Below, piece after piece: positions 1 to 14,373 of a stretch of DNA of 64,000 nucleotides (position 1 is its first letter; the number at the start of each line of letters is the position of its first letter). The translations under genes were made by a program, and so were the position numbers. The DNA is from Catajapyx aquilonaris (taxonomy: Eukaryota): the NCBI GenBank assembly GCA_000934665.2, contig JYFJ02001417.1, positions 1 to 64,000 on the forward strand, in the 5' to 3' direction. The notes beneath the pieces were generated by a model. The model did no database searches. It worked only from the letters and a program-made list of their open reading frames with translations, and had not been told where the DNA came from.

Positions 1-527
1 TTCTTTTTGCGGTTGCGATCAGTATATAAGTCCCGACATATTCCACATTTAATTTTAAAATTCTCATTTACTTATGATTTTTTTGTGGACTATTGAAGAT
101 TCTGCCATAAGGGCCCATGTTAAATCGCGAACTTCTGAGCCCTCCAGTTCGCTAATTTGCACGGTGACGTGTATTTTTCTTTGCGCCATTGATAAGAGGA
201 CACAAAACTGCGTAACATATGTTTTTTTCATAAAATTCTCATTCAGTGACTCTAGCTTCATTTCCACCTTAAGTATTGTTCAATTGTTTTATTAGTTGTT
301 GATGTTGTATAATTCCGTTGTCATGTTTTTGTAAACAAACTTTGCACTATAAAATGAGGTGCACTGAGCCTGCGGAGTCAGTCAGTCGCCAGCCTCTGAG
401 GAGGTAACACCTTCTGAGAAAGGTGCTGGCTGGCTTGGCATGGTTCAGGACCCGATCAATACACAGACCACTGTTGTATTATTTACTCCCACCTTTCAGG
501 ACTACTCAGCAATTAGGGACAGGTGTC

Positions 528-750
528 ATATCAGGGCCAGCAGGTATCTGCGTCGCCCAGATATACACCAACCAGGCATTCATTATATCAGGGCCAGCAG
601 GCATCTGCGTCGCCCAGATATATGAATCCGTCCAGTCAAGACTGACCGGTCACGTGTCATGGATGGGCCAGTAGGCATCTGCGTCGCCCATACATACACT
701 GACAAGGCAGAAGATATTAGGGCCAGCAGGCATCTGCGTCGCACTAATAT
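528..750. repeat. Four-copy interspaced repeat, 25-bp core GGGCCAGCAGGCATCTGCGTCGCCC
   Basis: Cores start at 534, 591, 665 and 720, with 0-1 mismatch each, separated by 32, 49 and 30 nt. Confidence 0.9.
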
Positions 751-2235
751 CCGAACCTAACAGTCTTGGCAAAAAGAGGTAACCTGAATAACAGTCTAGT
801 AAGAGCTTCCCTCTCACTAACCAGCCCAAGGTTAGCGGAAGCCCGAATCGGGGCAGGTGCACCAACAACACCACACTCTTTGGTCACCTTTAACTTTACC
901 TATAACTACTTCTAAACCTGGCGTCACAGGTGTGTGAATAGGAAATATAAATTCTCTATAATCATAATTATAATACAAGTAATTATAGAGACATTAGATA
1001 GACCTATATTATTACTTATTCGTCACTCTTAATTTTTGATATCGTACTAAGGTATAATATGAAGACAATTTTTGATTCGGTCACCATCAAGGTAACGTGG
1101 CCACGGTATACAGTATAGAGACCATGGTAGAGGGACAGTCTCAACCTACCCAGTCCACAGCAAGTGACATATTTTGCGGTTATTGCCACAAATCCTCACT
1201 TGAATTTTGTAAGACACAGAAAGACATAATGGGGAAAATCCTAACCCGGATTGCCGGTCAGCGATAAGGGGCAGACCCCGACAGTAGATGGCCCTGTGAG
1301 AAACGCAGCGGAGAACACAGTAATAAACAATTGTTCATGTACATTGAATACATGCTTCGCCTACCAGGCATGTTCTGCTCTCTTCGGGTATTCCAATAGG
1401 TACAGTAATTCCAGTGGACGTTTCATTCCATAAATGAAACTGAAGGGATGGCAAGTAATTAAGCCCGTTCATGAATTACCAGAGAAATGCCAGAAGGACA
1501 GACCCTCATCAACTCTGCATCTATAACTGCCCTCAAATTCAGAACTCAGGACATCTAATGTCTGTCTATGCAGTCAGAAAGCTAGTGAACATGCGGCCTA
1601 GAGAGACAAAAACGGATACCTCCTTTTGTCTTTCCCCCTTGGCAATAGCCAGAGACACATTGTACAATCTTCATGAGCATTGAGAATAAAGATTTCTGAC
1701 TCTGTGTGCCATGGAGAGAGAAATTCTCTGTCACTGTTGCGGCAAAGTGATAAAAGAAGTAAACATATGAGATCGCCTAGTTATTGGAAGGCACCTCTAG
1801 TCAATAAGATGCCAAATGAAGGAAATATATGACAACGCACTACAGACCTTCGCAGGGCAAGTCCGGATGACCATGGCATGAGGTACACAGGACAACGAAG
1901 ATAATATAGTAGCCAAGACAAATTACTCAGTCTGACTAATGTGCCAAATGTTCCCTCTTTGACGAGTGCATGCTTACACATGGGCGTGAATGATGCCTGC
2001 AGGTCTAGGAATGATCAAACTTCATGACACCATCCGGTGGGAGAGGCCCCTTAAATGGCAAGATTTGAAATAATGGGGGGGGGGGATTTCGAAATCTAAA
2101 AAAAGTTTTAAAAAGTTGCGTTTCAATGATTAATGATGCCATTTTCTGCTACATGAATAGAAGGGAGACCAGGTAAATAAGCAGTGGCAATCATATTGCG
2201 TATACTGAAAGTGTATACTTTGATAGGGTTTTAAA

Positions 2236-2364
2236 AAATTGCACAATTTGGGAATGAGCGTCAGTTACAAACGAGTTATTCAGGTGGAGCTAGCAACTTG
2301 CCAGAAAGCACAGAGAGAAGGAGTCGTGTGCCCATCTAAGCTTCGCACCGGGCTTTTCACAGTT
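2236..2364 (+). pseudogene. Fragment of a large invertebrate DNA-transposon-type protein (unclassified family)
   Basis: Translates KLHNLGMSVSYKRVIQVELATCQKAQREGVVCPSKLRTGLFTV, matching the recalled motif LHxLGxSISYxRV...GVVCPxxLRxGLFT. Confidence 0.65.
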
Positions 2365-4294
2365 TTTCAGCTAAAAACTTCTCAGGATTAACAGACACTA
2401 ATTATTGCTGTAACCTTCATGCCGAGTGTGAAAACATGTGAAGGAAGCGTCACACATTGGACCAGGTGCTATCATGTTGTCTCCACTTGCACTGGTGATA
2501 ACATGGAATGGGTCATACCGACGTAGCATATTGTCTGGATGATGTTTTGATAAATAAATCAACTATTTGGAAACAGATGCTCTTCATTTAAATTCTCCCA
2601 ATGGATGTTGAAAGGATCCTGACCACCACAACCATGATGAAGAGCAAGGGTTAGTCTCATAGTCTGGAGCTGGTAGAACTCTGTGGACCAGAGAGGGGCC
2701 GGGCGTGCTGGTACAACATCCAGCATGCAACACAACAGTAAGACTGACATGGACAGAACCTGTGTTACACTCTCATTCACTTAGCTACAAATTAAGTGAC
2801 CTCTAATACACCAATGTGCAAGCAACCTGATAATTAAGATCATAATCATACCCGGATTATAGTAGTAGATATGGCCATACACTGAAGAACAATGACTTAA
2901 TTATTATCAGCTCTTTCATATACAAACTTTTCACACAATCTGTAGATATACGGATATGAATTGCATGGGGGCTTGTACTACTGTCGCTGGAGGAATGTCT
3001 GAACCTCGACAAGAACAGCAGCTTATGTAATACAGCGCGCCGTACGAAACTTCCGGTCGGCATCTTGGGGCCACTTTTGCGTGTCACTGTGGGATGAGCC
3101 TTCTAATGTATATCAGCCGAGGCCGAATGATGTGCAAACACCTCACGGAAGAAATGAGGGTGTCCCCAATGGATTTGGCTAATTACACAATGGAAATTTT
3201 TTATTAACATGGCAAAATTGTTACTTAGCATTTACTTTTGGTAGCAAGCAAAGTCAAGTTAGAGCCGCTTAGGGACAAATGTATCGTTATTTCAGTGGTT
3301 CATATGAAAAGAAGTCGGGCGTACAAACATGGTTACAATGTATACTTACTTATTCTCTTACTATGGGTAGAGAAAATCATTGTGTGACTCTGAGAGGCAG
3401 GTTCTTGGATCAAAGATTTAAAAAAAACTCCATCCGCCTGATTCTCCCACATGCAGTGATATGATGATCCGAGTGACAGGGTGACATGCAACATGGAACG
3501 AAGCTAATAAATTAGCAAATGTGACTCACATTGATACGTGCCGTGAGAAGAGCAACAATCATAACGCCGGCTTGTTAATGGCATGTAGAACGACTTAATA
3601 CTGACTCAAATGTTACATACCGGACTAAAGCGTACCAAAGGCGAACGTAGTGAATATACCCACAAAGAGAGGAAAGTATTCCAGGCTTAACATTGGGCAT
3701 TGGCTGGAAAAAAAAACCAGATGTCTCCGCAGAAGGCAGTTAGCTAATGAAGGCGTGTTCGGGACCTAAATATCATGGGGAAATAGAGAAATCCAGTGGA
3801 GTGTAGCTCTGTAAACGACAATACACGAAACTATTGAAGAGGAATAGCGGCCAATCCACGCTTGTCAGTAGTGCAATAGGATCAGGCATTCTCCAAGTTT
3901 GGCCCATCATGAAAAGTAATTCCTTGACTTCCTTCTCAAAGAGTATGCAGATATGGCCCACCTTGTTTTAAAGACGGAAAACATGCGAATGTCTCTTACC
4001 AAAAACAGATGTCACATTTTGTTCTAAATAATTATGTAATTATTTTAAATGCGTGTACATGGACACAAAGAGGAGCCACAGCCCATGCTGCACGGTAACA
4101 AACTGATTTTTTCAATTATATTATGCTTGTATCCTGCTTTTAATCATTTGTGGTGGACAACACACACTTAATAAGCCAGACTGGGTTAAACTTTAAAAAG
4201 GCCACACTTCCGCCAACATCAGGCAACTGATTACCAGGAATCCAGCGGAGCAAATCGCGGCGCCCAAGACAGAGGGAAGAGGACATACACAACA

Positions 4295-4410
4295 CCAAGA
4301 CTAAAATAATTGATTTGGCAGCACTCAAGAATCGCATCAATGCACGGCAGCCCTTCCACTATTCTGGCTCACCCAAGAATAAGACAGGGGGCGTCGGAAC
4401 GCTGCCTTCT
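4295..4410 (+). pseudogene. Non-LTR retrotransposon APE endonuclease remnant
   Basis: KTKIIDLAALKNR...FHYSGSPKNKTGGVGTL resembles IDIAALQExR...FYSG...GGVG. Confidence 0.45.
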
Positions 4411-7400
4411 GCAAAACAAATGAGTAGTTCATGCTCCAATTCCAGTCGTGGTATTTGAAGTGTAATGTATGAAACCATTACTGGAAGCTGCCCAGCAACG
4501 TCTGCTGCTGAACATTGCACAAATCTTTCCAATCTCATTGAGCGACAATAAGATATATCATTCACAGATGCTTTGGATATATGCAGCTCTCCAAGTCCGA
4601 TCCATGTGTATGCGTTGCCCAGCGAACTAAGAAGAGAAGGAAATTATTATGCGGACTGTCCCAACCTTCCGCGGACGGTATAATTATGGTCCCAAAAAGA
4701 CATCAAAGGCTGTAACATAATTGGACATAATTTGAAAGTACAACCTCCGACAATTATTAATTGTGCACTTCAGGATGTCAGGAGACTAGAGCATTATTCT
4801 TAACATTATGGAAGCTGACATGACGACTAATTTTGACGTGCTAATCATCATTTCAGAAGGTTGACACATGCAACAAATTACAGCTTAACCAGCAAGAGGT
4901 GATGCCGCATTTCGAGAGCTACAGAGTGCACAGGTCGATTGCATCCGATCAAAAAATGACACCGCGGTGTGACTGTTGAGAGCGAAATTACTTCGAAAGA
5001 GAAGAACACCTCCCCAAGACGCACTAGGCATTAGACCGTCGAAATACATTGGAATTACACATTAATTCAATGCATTTTATAATTGGTACAGAATCATGCC
5101 AAAATTAATATTAAGAGCAGATTTTCATACTATGTCCTGCACATGCACAGGGACCACAAGATGTTCAGTTGCATGCACTTGCAAGTGTCTATCTTGACAA
5201 ATACTTGTTACGGACCATCACCTCGATCCCTTCCATTAATTTCCGCAACAAGACGTGCGAAATAGCCAAGGCAGAAACGCTCCAGGTGTAGCAACTCCCG
5301 ATGTATTGAGTTTCGTTCCACTTATGAATGTATTAAATCGAATAACTGCAGTCCACAATGATCATAATACCTAGTGTAAACTGCAACCAAATGCAGAATT
5401 CAACTATTTACATGGCTTAGGTTTCGTACAATTACAAAAAAAAATAGAGAAACCGCATGCAACAAGAATGAGAACGAGTGCACACCGACTTGGGGAAGCA
5501 TTATTAAGATTATCGCCATGTTTAAATAATAGCCTACAATAAAGTGCAAAATATTGTGAATTTCGCATTGCATCACGTTAACATGAAAGATACCCCATCA
5601 CTGCACTCTTTCTGCAGCCTTCATTGGCTTCGAAAGGAAATTTCAATATTCCCGTACACTAAATTTACCTTATTACGTAGCCAACTGTCCTCTGCACGTC
5701 ATCTGTACTTCCGTAGGACGAGTAGGATCTCGTTGATGTCTGTGTGGTCATATGACATGTGTTTCTCCTCTATATGGGTGTACGAAATATTATGCTAATT
5801 AGGAATAAACGTATTAATTTTTATGTGATGGAATCACAAGCAATTTACCTTATTACGCAGCCAACTGTCCTCTGCACACTTGTCAGTAGATTAAGCACAT
5901 ACGTCTTTGACTTGTAAAATACAGGGTCAAATCAATCGTAGGTCAAATATACACTCTGCAAGTACAATTTAAATATGCACTATTGAAATTCTCTCTACTC
6001 TAACTGCGTCACCAACATGTAAAATAATATTACAGTTATCATTATCATACGTAATAAATGAATATCAATGGAACTACCATGTCATGTTTCCTCCTTTCTT
6101 TCCTTATACGTACAGTGCCCACTGGTTAATAAAAAAGTGTGACTAAATCATGTGTGGCAGAAAACCAATCCGACGTTGCACATCTAACAAAGAACACCCC
6201 TCGAGAACAGCGAAGGACATCTTTGCAACAAGAGCTGGACGAGCTAACAGTCAGACAATAGATCGTGTGATTTCAATTGTAATCCCTAAGGGGGCACCAG
6301 TAAAATTAAATGGGTTCAAGTCAGGCCATCTAGAGGGTAAGCAATATACTTTATCGTGCAAAAGAAAAATACATATGATTTTGCATTTTCTTGGATGTAT
6401 TCAACACAAAGTCCATCAGGCAGGATGCCAAAGACAGAGGGTCCTTGACGCCATGCAACCAGCAACGCTGCGTCCCCCTGTGATACGCGACCTGAACGTC
6501 TGCCTACAGTTGGCCGATCAGAGCCTCCTACGGCCACGTGGAAACGTGGTGCTCTGGGAGGAATTACAGTGACGAAGCGATTTCTGGTGGTGAAGACATA
6601 TATGCTGCCCATTCTGTCACATTCAGATAATGTAGTACAACTTACACGTCCTCCACATGACCATCCAGGGACATTTCTCGTCTGTCTGTCAGTGAACATT
6701 GCCTTCCGAAAACCCCCACACTTGAATGGCCAAATGTGTATGGAACCATAAATAATAAAGAACTACAGTACAGCTGCGTATATGAGCCAAGACAAGCGTA
6801 CAAACCACAATAGGTTCGCGTACAAAAGGTATTGGGCTCGCAAAGACTTCACACGAGGCAGGGCTTAACACAGACACATAAAAGATCAAACACAAGGCCG
6901 TGTAAGGCTGGTAAATGTTTCGCATCAGAGATCGATTCGACCTTGAATATTTACAAACCCGCCTTTACTAGACATCTAGACTTTACTTCCACGAGCATCC
7001 TAAGCATCACGATGCCATTTGATTACCAATTGGCGGTGTTCACTGCTATCCAAACTTTGAATAAACGTGGAGGTTCAGAGCTTATAAGGACATTCAAGTG
7101 TTTGTGCGAAACGAATACGTTACACCTGAAAACAATACGGCAACTGAGTACCAATGGAAGCATGGGTTACCACGACGCGAGTTGACTAAATTACGTACAA
7201 ATCTTGCACATATTAGTGAATTTTTACGATTCTACCATATGCGCCCTTGAGTATTAACTATGTACGCATCAAGACGTGAGAGAAAGCCAAGAAAGAAACG
7301 CTCCCGTTGTACTGAGTTTCGTTCCACTTCCGCATCTATTAAATCGAACAACTGCAGCAGTGAATGCCCATTTCATAAACTGCCGAATATCGGTATCATA

Positions 7401-8090
7401 TCAAGATGCATCTGGTGCACATCAGACCAATTGAGTGGCATGAACTCCATATCTTCTGCGCCCATAGGGCAAACTCTGCCACGAAATCACATGATTCTCC
7501 TTTTCACAGCATGTTTTATAATTTATTCTGTGCAAATATTCTTTGCAAATGTATCTACACATTATAAATGCAAATTATTACGTCAGTTAATTTCAGAAAT
7601 AAATTCTTTTGGCTTCAAGAACACGATGGAGCTACAAGAGTTGATCAGGGGAGCACTGCGGGGAATTCACGACGTGGACGGTGCCACGGAAACCGCCATG
7701 AGATGATACATTTTTCTTGTACCTAAATACGACATAACTAGCGTTGAATTTCACGAGGCACTGACTGCAGAAGGAAATATGTACCACGCCGAAGTTGCGG
7801 CAACATATGATGACGCTAATGACAATGATGTTGCTGTTGAGGCAAAGTACATCAGCAGCCGCACGAGGGAATAAACCCGCCCTCTGCCCTTAGGTCCTCA
7901 ATGGATCGAATGGATCACAATGGATCGAACACTGGGAAATAGATGTACCTGCAGAACAACCAAACAATCAACAACGCACAACAACAAAAAAATTCAACAA
8001 TCACGTGCTTCTGTCTTCATGCCAGCAGACAATTAAACTTGAGGCAGAGGACAAGTTGACTTGGCAGATCGACAGAGGGGTAGCAAGCAC

Positions 8091-8226
8091 CTGAACAGAT
8101 TGCGAGAGGATACCTCGCGAACAGCCGGCCTCGAGACAGTTTTGACACTAGGTGTTGGATGCCGTGTCATGCTGCGTCGAAACGTGGGACTTACACGAGG
8201 CGTTGGTGAACGGCTCCATGAGCACT
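8091..8226 (+). pseudogene. PIF1-family helicase fragment (Helitron/Helentron type)
   Basis: LREDTSRTAGLETVLTLGVGCRVMLRRNVGLTRG, then a frameshift to LVNGSM. This is the typical PIF1 VMLxxN...GLVNG motif. Confidence 0.85.
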
Positions 8227-9884
8227 GATGCCTTGACCAACACCATCTATTTAATTTATTTCGTAAAATGCGTAAGTAAGACCTCTGGGTTACATTAACC
8301 CTTATGGTGTAGCTCTTACGCGGCACCGTCTTGTCACCTAGCTTACTTTAAAAAAAAAAAATCCGTAGGAAGTGTTTTTGGGATAATTACACTTCAAATT
8401 ATGGGAATTATATATACACTGGAGGTGTTTCCTTGGAAAACGGTATAGGTGTGGCGACCTGTTCACGCTTTTGCTGCAGGCAACAGCCCATAATTGGGAA
8501 TTGCAGGGGGAGATCATATCTGCGAGGAAAAGTATTAGAAGGGAACGACAATACGGAAGACCATGACCAATGCTGAAAAAGAAAAAGGAAGAGATACCAA
8601 GCTGCGACTGATTGCCATGCTGATGCAAAATGCGGATGTACACGAGCATTATTCAGTACAGGATTTACTTCCATACATCGTCGTGATGCTTTCATAGCAA
8701 ATTAGGGACATTGAGTTATGACGTCACTCAGGCAACGCCAGTTGTGACTTATCTGCCCAGGGGAAGAAAGCTGCTAATAATATATGACTGTATTATGAAA
8801 GATATTAGGCCTGCACATTAGGCAGGGTCCATGATGGGGAATGGTAGTTAACATACCAATTGTTGGTGCCTTGATTTTGGTGGCGCCGCCCTTTGTTTCT
8901 TGTGATTGTGAACCTAGGATAACGGCTTTGGACTCACTCTCTCTCACACACTCTCTCTTAAATTGGTATGTGTGTTGTATGTTGCTCCCCATGGTCGCAG
9001 GCTGGGAGAGGAGGAGGTGTCAGGGTCGCATTGCCCGCGCTGTCTAGGAAGCTCTTAGGAAGGTGCATGGTCCACAGTGACTCGAGTGCACTGTGAGGTA
9101 ACCAAGGCATCACAACCAGTCCATGACAAGGCCACAAACTAATGAGAACGGAATATGCCATCAAGAATGCAACTCCCAATTGTCTGGTCATATGCCCTAG
9201 TATTCTGCCCCAACCAGTAGAACATAAACCGACAAAATCAGTATGAGGGTGGTCTCAAAGAAGTGGGGGAAATAATGAAGCTGGAGAAGAAACACTTCTG
9301 TCACTCCGATGAGACGAATATATTGTGACCTACAATATTTATGTGTCACTTATCCACTTGAAATGTTTTTATGCGTTTGCTCAACACTTCTGGTAAAATT
9401 GGAATGATTAGTGTAATTGTTTCATTCGTCAATTTTCATTGAATTGTAGCTCGATGATCAAATCATCTCACTATGGAATATTATGAAGTCCAACAGCAGA
9501 TTCCAACATTATCCACACCCCACGTCTCTCGCTGTCGCATACCCTGCACATCAATTCTGATTACATTATTACAATTTCAATACAAAAGATACCATGAGAC
9601 GTTCTAGGAGGGCCGGAAGTATGACTGGCCCAGTGTAGAGGAGTGGAATATATTTGCAGCCTCCGCCAATGTGGGTAATGACCCTTAGCGGACAACACGC
9701 TGAAACACAAGAGTATTGAACCTTCCCTCTGACAACACACCTCGATCGAGTTGGGTCGTAATATTGTCAAAATACTCCTTACATCATAAACATACAAAAT
9801 AAAATGCGGAAGATGGTCGGTGAAGCCAAGTGCAGTACTTCATCATAGGAAGTGTCCAAAAATGAAAAGGTGAGGAGCCAATCA

Positions 9885-10230
9885 ATTCATGGAAGGATGG
9901 TGGCAAGAGCTGTTGGGCCGATTCTACACTTCCACATCCTCGCATGGAATAAGTTGATCGTACCTTACAAAGGACACCTTACGACAAGGCTATGCCCAAC
10001 TTCATTTCACATGCTTCCGGACGAATTCTCAAACATCATTGTGGCTCAATCGCCAAGAAACAAAATTTTGGCAAATATGGAAGCGTAATCAGACTAGAGC
10101 TGCTAAAGAACAATATTGTGCAGTTATTACAGCATCTCTTTATCTTCTTACAGATGCACTCATGGATAGGGCCAAAATTCGGCATATTGAAAGATGGGGC
10201 AAGTGTCCCTTGCAATAATTCGAATATCCA
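9885..10230 (+). pseudogene. Possible Helitron Rep (HUH endonuclease) fragment
   Basis: GRMVARAVGPILHFHILAW resembles the Rep motif-2 HxHILxW. Later QMH and KC...FEYP segments resemble QxH...CRFxYP. Heavily decayed. Confidence 0.45.
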
Positions 10231-11234
10231 ACTCTATATAAGCATACTTATATGATGCCAGCAGATCCCAGTATAATATGATACAGATCCCAGTAGACAA
10301 AGGACAGGCATCAGAATGAGGGTGTCTCAAGGCTTCCCCACCATGGCGACCAAAGGAACATACTACCAATTTCAAATAGCTACCATGACATAGAAAACAT
10401 AACGTTTTAACCACGAGTCATTACATTCACGAGAATTTCAGAAAAATATTATGATCAGATCGTATTCTTATATTTGCAAACAACCTGAGGCAGTTGCCTA
10501 TGAATCAATTCCTAAGATGTTACAATCTCCAGCAGAAACACACCTTCGCATGTTGTTAGCATGAAGCTCCGTATGAAAATTGAGTCAATAAATTAACATG
10601 AGAACATGTGAACGGACGGATCATAATGCTGGGAGAGCTAAAGTCACTCAGTTGCTTAGATAACACTGACGTCTTGTGGTTTTCGGCAAGGAGATTATTG
10701 GCAGACATTAATTAGACGCTGTCTTCCCCGCAATTATTCAAAAGGGAGAGCAATTACGACGTATTTCAATTATCGGAGGCGATGAAACCACTTGACTGGC
10801 AACTTAAACCACACAAAGACTCAAAGGCGATGATTAAAGGAAGAAGCAGTAGGGAAACATGAATTGAAGCCATACACATGACCCAACAGGAATGGGAGTT
10901 ACGTGAAAATTTCCCGTGAATTCTATACACTCGCTATGCCGTCCAGTATCATCATAAACAGTGTTACGTTGTGCAGACTGTGCCAACCCACGCCAACACT
11001 GACATCTCAAAGTGGGACAAAGTCAAATCTCACCGAGAGACGAACACCAAATCAACTGAAGTTTCCAGGGTATAGTTTACACTGTCAATATTTCAATAGA
11101 AACCCTGCTTTTTTGTGCCTATGACAAAGGTCGGACACATTATTAAAGAAATCAGCCTCGAGTAATACGAAAACAATATTATTAATGAATGAATAATGAT
11201 TGGCCAACCAAGAAGGAACCCGCTACAATCTGTT

Positions 11235-11400
11235 CATAGAGCGACGGACGATGTACTTGCCATAGAGATGACATTTTGGGCCGGACATTTTTGATTACTT
11301 TCAAGCAGACTTGGACAGTTTCTATTCAAATATCAAATTGGTCTCTTCACATGGGCAAACCTACTGCAAGTGACATATTCTGTTTCTGAATATTCAAACA
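11235..11400 (+). pseudogene. Penelope-like reverse transcriptase fragment
   Basis: RATDDVLAI...FQADLDSFYSNIKL...ILFLNI resembles RYVDDVLAI...LNSxHxNIKFT...LxFLDI (frameshifted). Confidence 0.55.
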
Positions 11401-12339
11401 AGATGTGTCATAAGACGCCTGTTTTGCCGTGATTTGACCTAATGCCACTTAAAGGACATCCCGAGATACCAAAATTCTCAAGTCATATACCACCTTCCAC
11501 AGCAGAATGTGACATCTTTCATTGTCATCAATTAATAAATACGTTACAGACCAGGAGACAAAATTTATCGAACAACTCGTAATTGTGATCTACCAGTAGC
11601 TCATAAGGTCATGTGAGCTACTTGAAGCTTTTTTTTTTTTTTAAAAAAAAAGCACAGTATATTACGCAGACATATTTTACATCGAATAACTCGAGTCCCA
11701 CCATGAAGAAGCAATATGACTGAAACATAATGACGTTGTCTCCCAAGTCAACTGAAGTTTCCAGAGTAGTGAGATGAATTTTTATTATTCCCAAAGCCTA
11801 CAATACTGTATATTTGTGTCGTAACAAAATCTTAACTATTATTTTATAGCATTATACACTGGTTGGATTGATTTAAAAATTCCTCCTGAAAACTGCAACT
11901 ACTGAAAATATACTGAAGGATCATAGCATAAGGTGAATGAAATACTAGCATAGGCGGATAGTGGATCAAGCATAAAAACGCAACCAGCGGCACATCATAT
12001 GATTGACAGGGTGACTTGCAACACGGCATGATGCGAATTATTAATGTAAGGCGACAACACACGAGTAGGCACCATGGGAAGTGAAGCCAGTGAAGAGGTT
12101 GTTAATCACATATAATGAACAACCTTATTGAAACTCATTCTAACCAAATAGTTTGGCCACTTGGGCAATGAACCAAAAGGGAACAGTGTAATACATGCAA
12201 ATGAGGAAATATTCGCCTCCATCCCATCCTGGTCGTCCAAGGCAGGGGGAAAGGAGGACAGGCCACGGGGGGAAGGTGCACCATGCTGAACATCAATCAC
12301 TGAGAAGAGACCAAGACACACAAGACCAAGACAAACAAG

Positions 12340-12510
12340 ACCAAATACAATATCCCAAGGAAACAAGATGGAGACGAGATAAGCAGCTACTTGGCGGCAG
12401 CTAATATAACAGCTTAAATCGGAAGAGATGTCGCAGTGTACACTTGTCGATTCGCATCTGATGAGACTCACGCAGGGAGTGTCAATTGCGATTAGAGAAG
12501 CATCTCCTCA
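12340..12510 (+). pseudogene. RTE-like LINE endonuclease fragment
   Basis: KETRWRRDKQLLGGS followed by GVSIAI resembles QETRWKGxKxxxLGGG...GVGI. Confidence 0.55.
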
Positions 12511-13068
12511 GTGTAATTACAGCAAGAGGACAGGACGAGTGCATAACATTGTCCGCAACTTGTAGCCAGTTAATGTCCACGACTAATACTTGAGTGATGT
12601 CACCGGGGGTGCGTGCATAAATCAGAAAATGTAACCACGTGTTAACACTCTGCCTTTGGGAGTGACGCATTCTTAACATTGTTGCTGGTACGAATTAACT
12701 TATCCTGTTCATATAATCCTCCAAGGCCAACAGTGCTATTATTAGGCACATTTTTCTGCAAAATTGCGTAAGTTCGTCCCACCACCATGTTTCCGAATGC
12801 ACATCAAAGATGGCAACGACTTGACGTCATCAACTGCCGGATCTGCATGGCGCGAATAACAAAATAATATCCTCTAATAAGCTCTAACCATACCCCTCCG
12901 ATCAGTAGTTACAAGAGCTTCTAAAAGCAAAGAGGTAATAATATTCACGGGAGATATTTTCAACTGGAACAGGAGGAGCTTAATAATATTTAACTACGTA
13001 TCAAAGTAGGGTGACTGTGCCAGCAGGCAGCTATGGGGTCGCTGGAGAACTCAAGGCCCACCACCACG

Positions 13069-13842
13069 TTAAGGTTAAGGCGGCACATTAGTAAAAATAA
13101 GGTAGGTGCATTTTTTAGAGAATTTTATATTTTTGTGGCGAAACGCACTGTTAATCGGAAAAATCACGAAGAAAGTGCCCTGCGCAAAGGTTTGGCCTTT
13201 ATTATATGGTACCATACTCGATATGATTGCATTAAAATTGTGGACATACGGGCGCAGAAGCGTTCCCGACTTTGTCGCGTTTTCTGCCGCCATGTTATTC
13301 AAATGGGCTTTTGGGGAACGCCACTTTCCTTTAACTTTAACTCGATGAAAAGTTCACTTCTAGGCCGAAAATGGTAAAATGACGACGAAGGTGCCCTGCG
13401 ACAGATCATGTCCTATTTTTTGGTGTAATTTCTGTGTCCATTGCACCATTTTTGAGCCCGGACGGCCGCAGAAGCGTGGATATGTCGAATCCCCATAATT
13501 ATGCTGCCCATGCATAAGCGAGTTTGTTTAGGTCAACACAAAGCGCACCTCCATCGCTGCGACCCAAGCAGAAGACCGCAAAATTTCATTTTATAAATCA
13601 GGCACGAAACAGCGAGGCCTTTGAGCGAGGCAATCAGCACCCGCCCCCGCCGTTGCCAGGCTACACACAAGGCCACGTCGTTTCTCTAGAAATGCCCAGC
13701 CGAATGCTTCAAAGTGGAATATGTCACGGGAGCGAATACGCCGGGGGCGAAATGGCGGCGGCTAAAAGTCCGGATCCCATCAAAGTATATCAATTAATTG
13801 GCCCCGAGTCAGAATTATTTGGAGAATATAAATTTTTCTGAC
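13069..13842. mobile_element. Probable truncated non-autonomous DNA transposon
   Basis: Begins TTAAGG, is CpG-rich and non-coding, and has an internal repeat GTGCCCTGCG near 13175 and 13391. No matching second terminus seen. Confidence 0.3.
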
Positions 13843-14009
13843 CCTGGTTACGTTGAAACAAAATGGTGCGTATAAAATTGCAAACCTTGTTGTAATACAA
13901 CTGCCTTGAGACAACAAAAGCACACCGCCAAGACACTCTTCATATAAGTATCCATCAAATGCCGTGATAGGCTGCACATATTAATTTCAATGTCAACATG
14001 TGTTGATAA

Positions 14010-14100
14010 GCGAGCGACGATTACAGGAGAGGGTACGTTCGATTCCAGAAACCGACACTTGTGAGCTGAAGGAAACTCCCACGCGCACTCGCCGTATGCA
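14010..14100 (+). pseudogene. Tc1/mariner-superfamily transposase fragment (Tc3/DUF4817-associated type)
   Basis: ITGEGTFDSRNRHL*AEGNSHA resembles FTREGxFNxRNxHxWAxENPHA. It is absent from the sister copy. Confidence 0.6.
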
Positions 14101-14306
14101 CTGGAGAATATTATTCCACTGACTCTAATGTTTCGCGAAAGGGAGCGTACCAATTCCTGACAAACATTAGGCCTATCCAATATTCACTGGCTTCACCAAC
14201 ATGTAAAATAATGCATGTCATAACCATTAGGTCATATTGAGCCCCTTTCGTAAAATATTCAAGCCTGGTAGGATAAAATCACAAGCTGGAGTGTATTATG
14301 TACACT

Positions 14307-14307
<1 letters not shown>

Positions 14308-14373
<66 letters not shown>
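14308..14373. repeat. (TAA)22 microsatellite
   Basis: Perfect TAA run read directly. Confidence 0.98.

Noticed and set aside
528..750. True CRISPR array
   Set aside because: No cas genes, eukaryotic TE context, uneven spacer lengths and shared sequence extending into the spacers.
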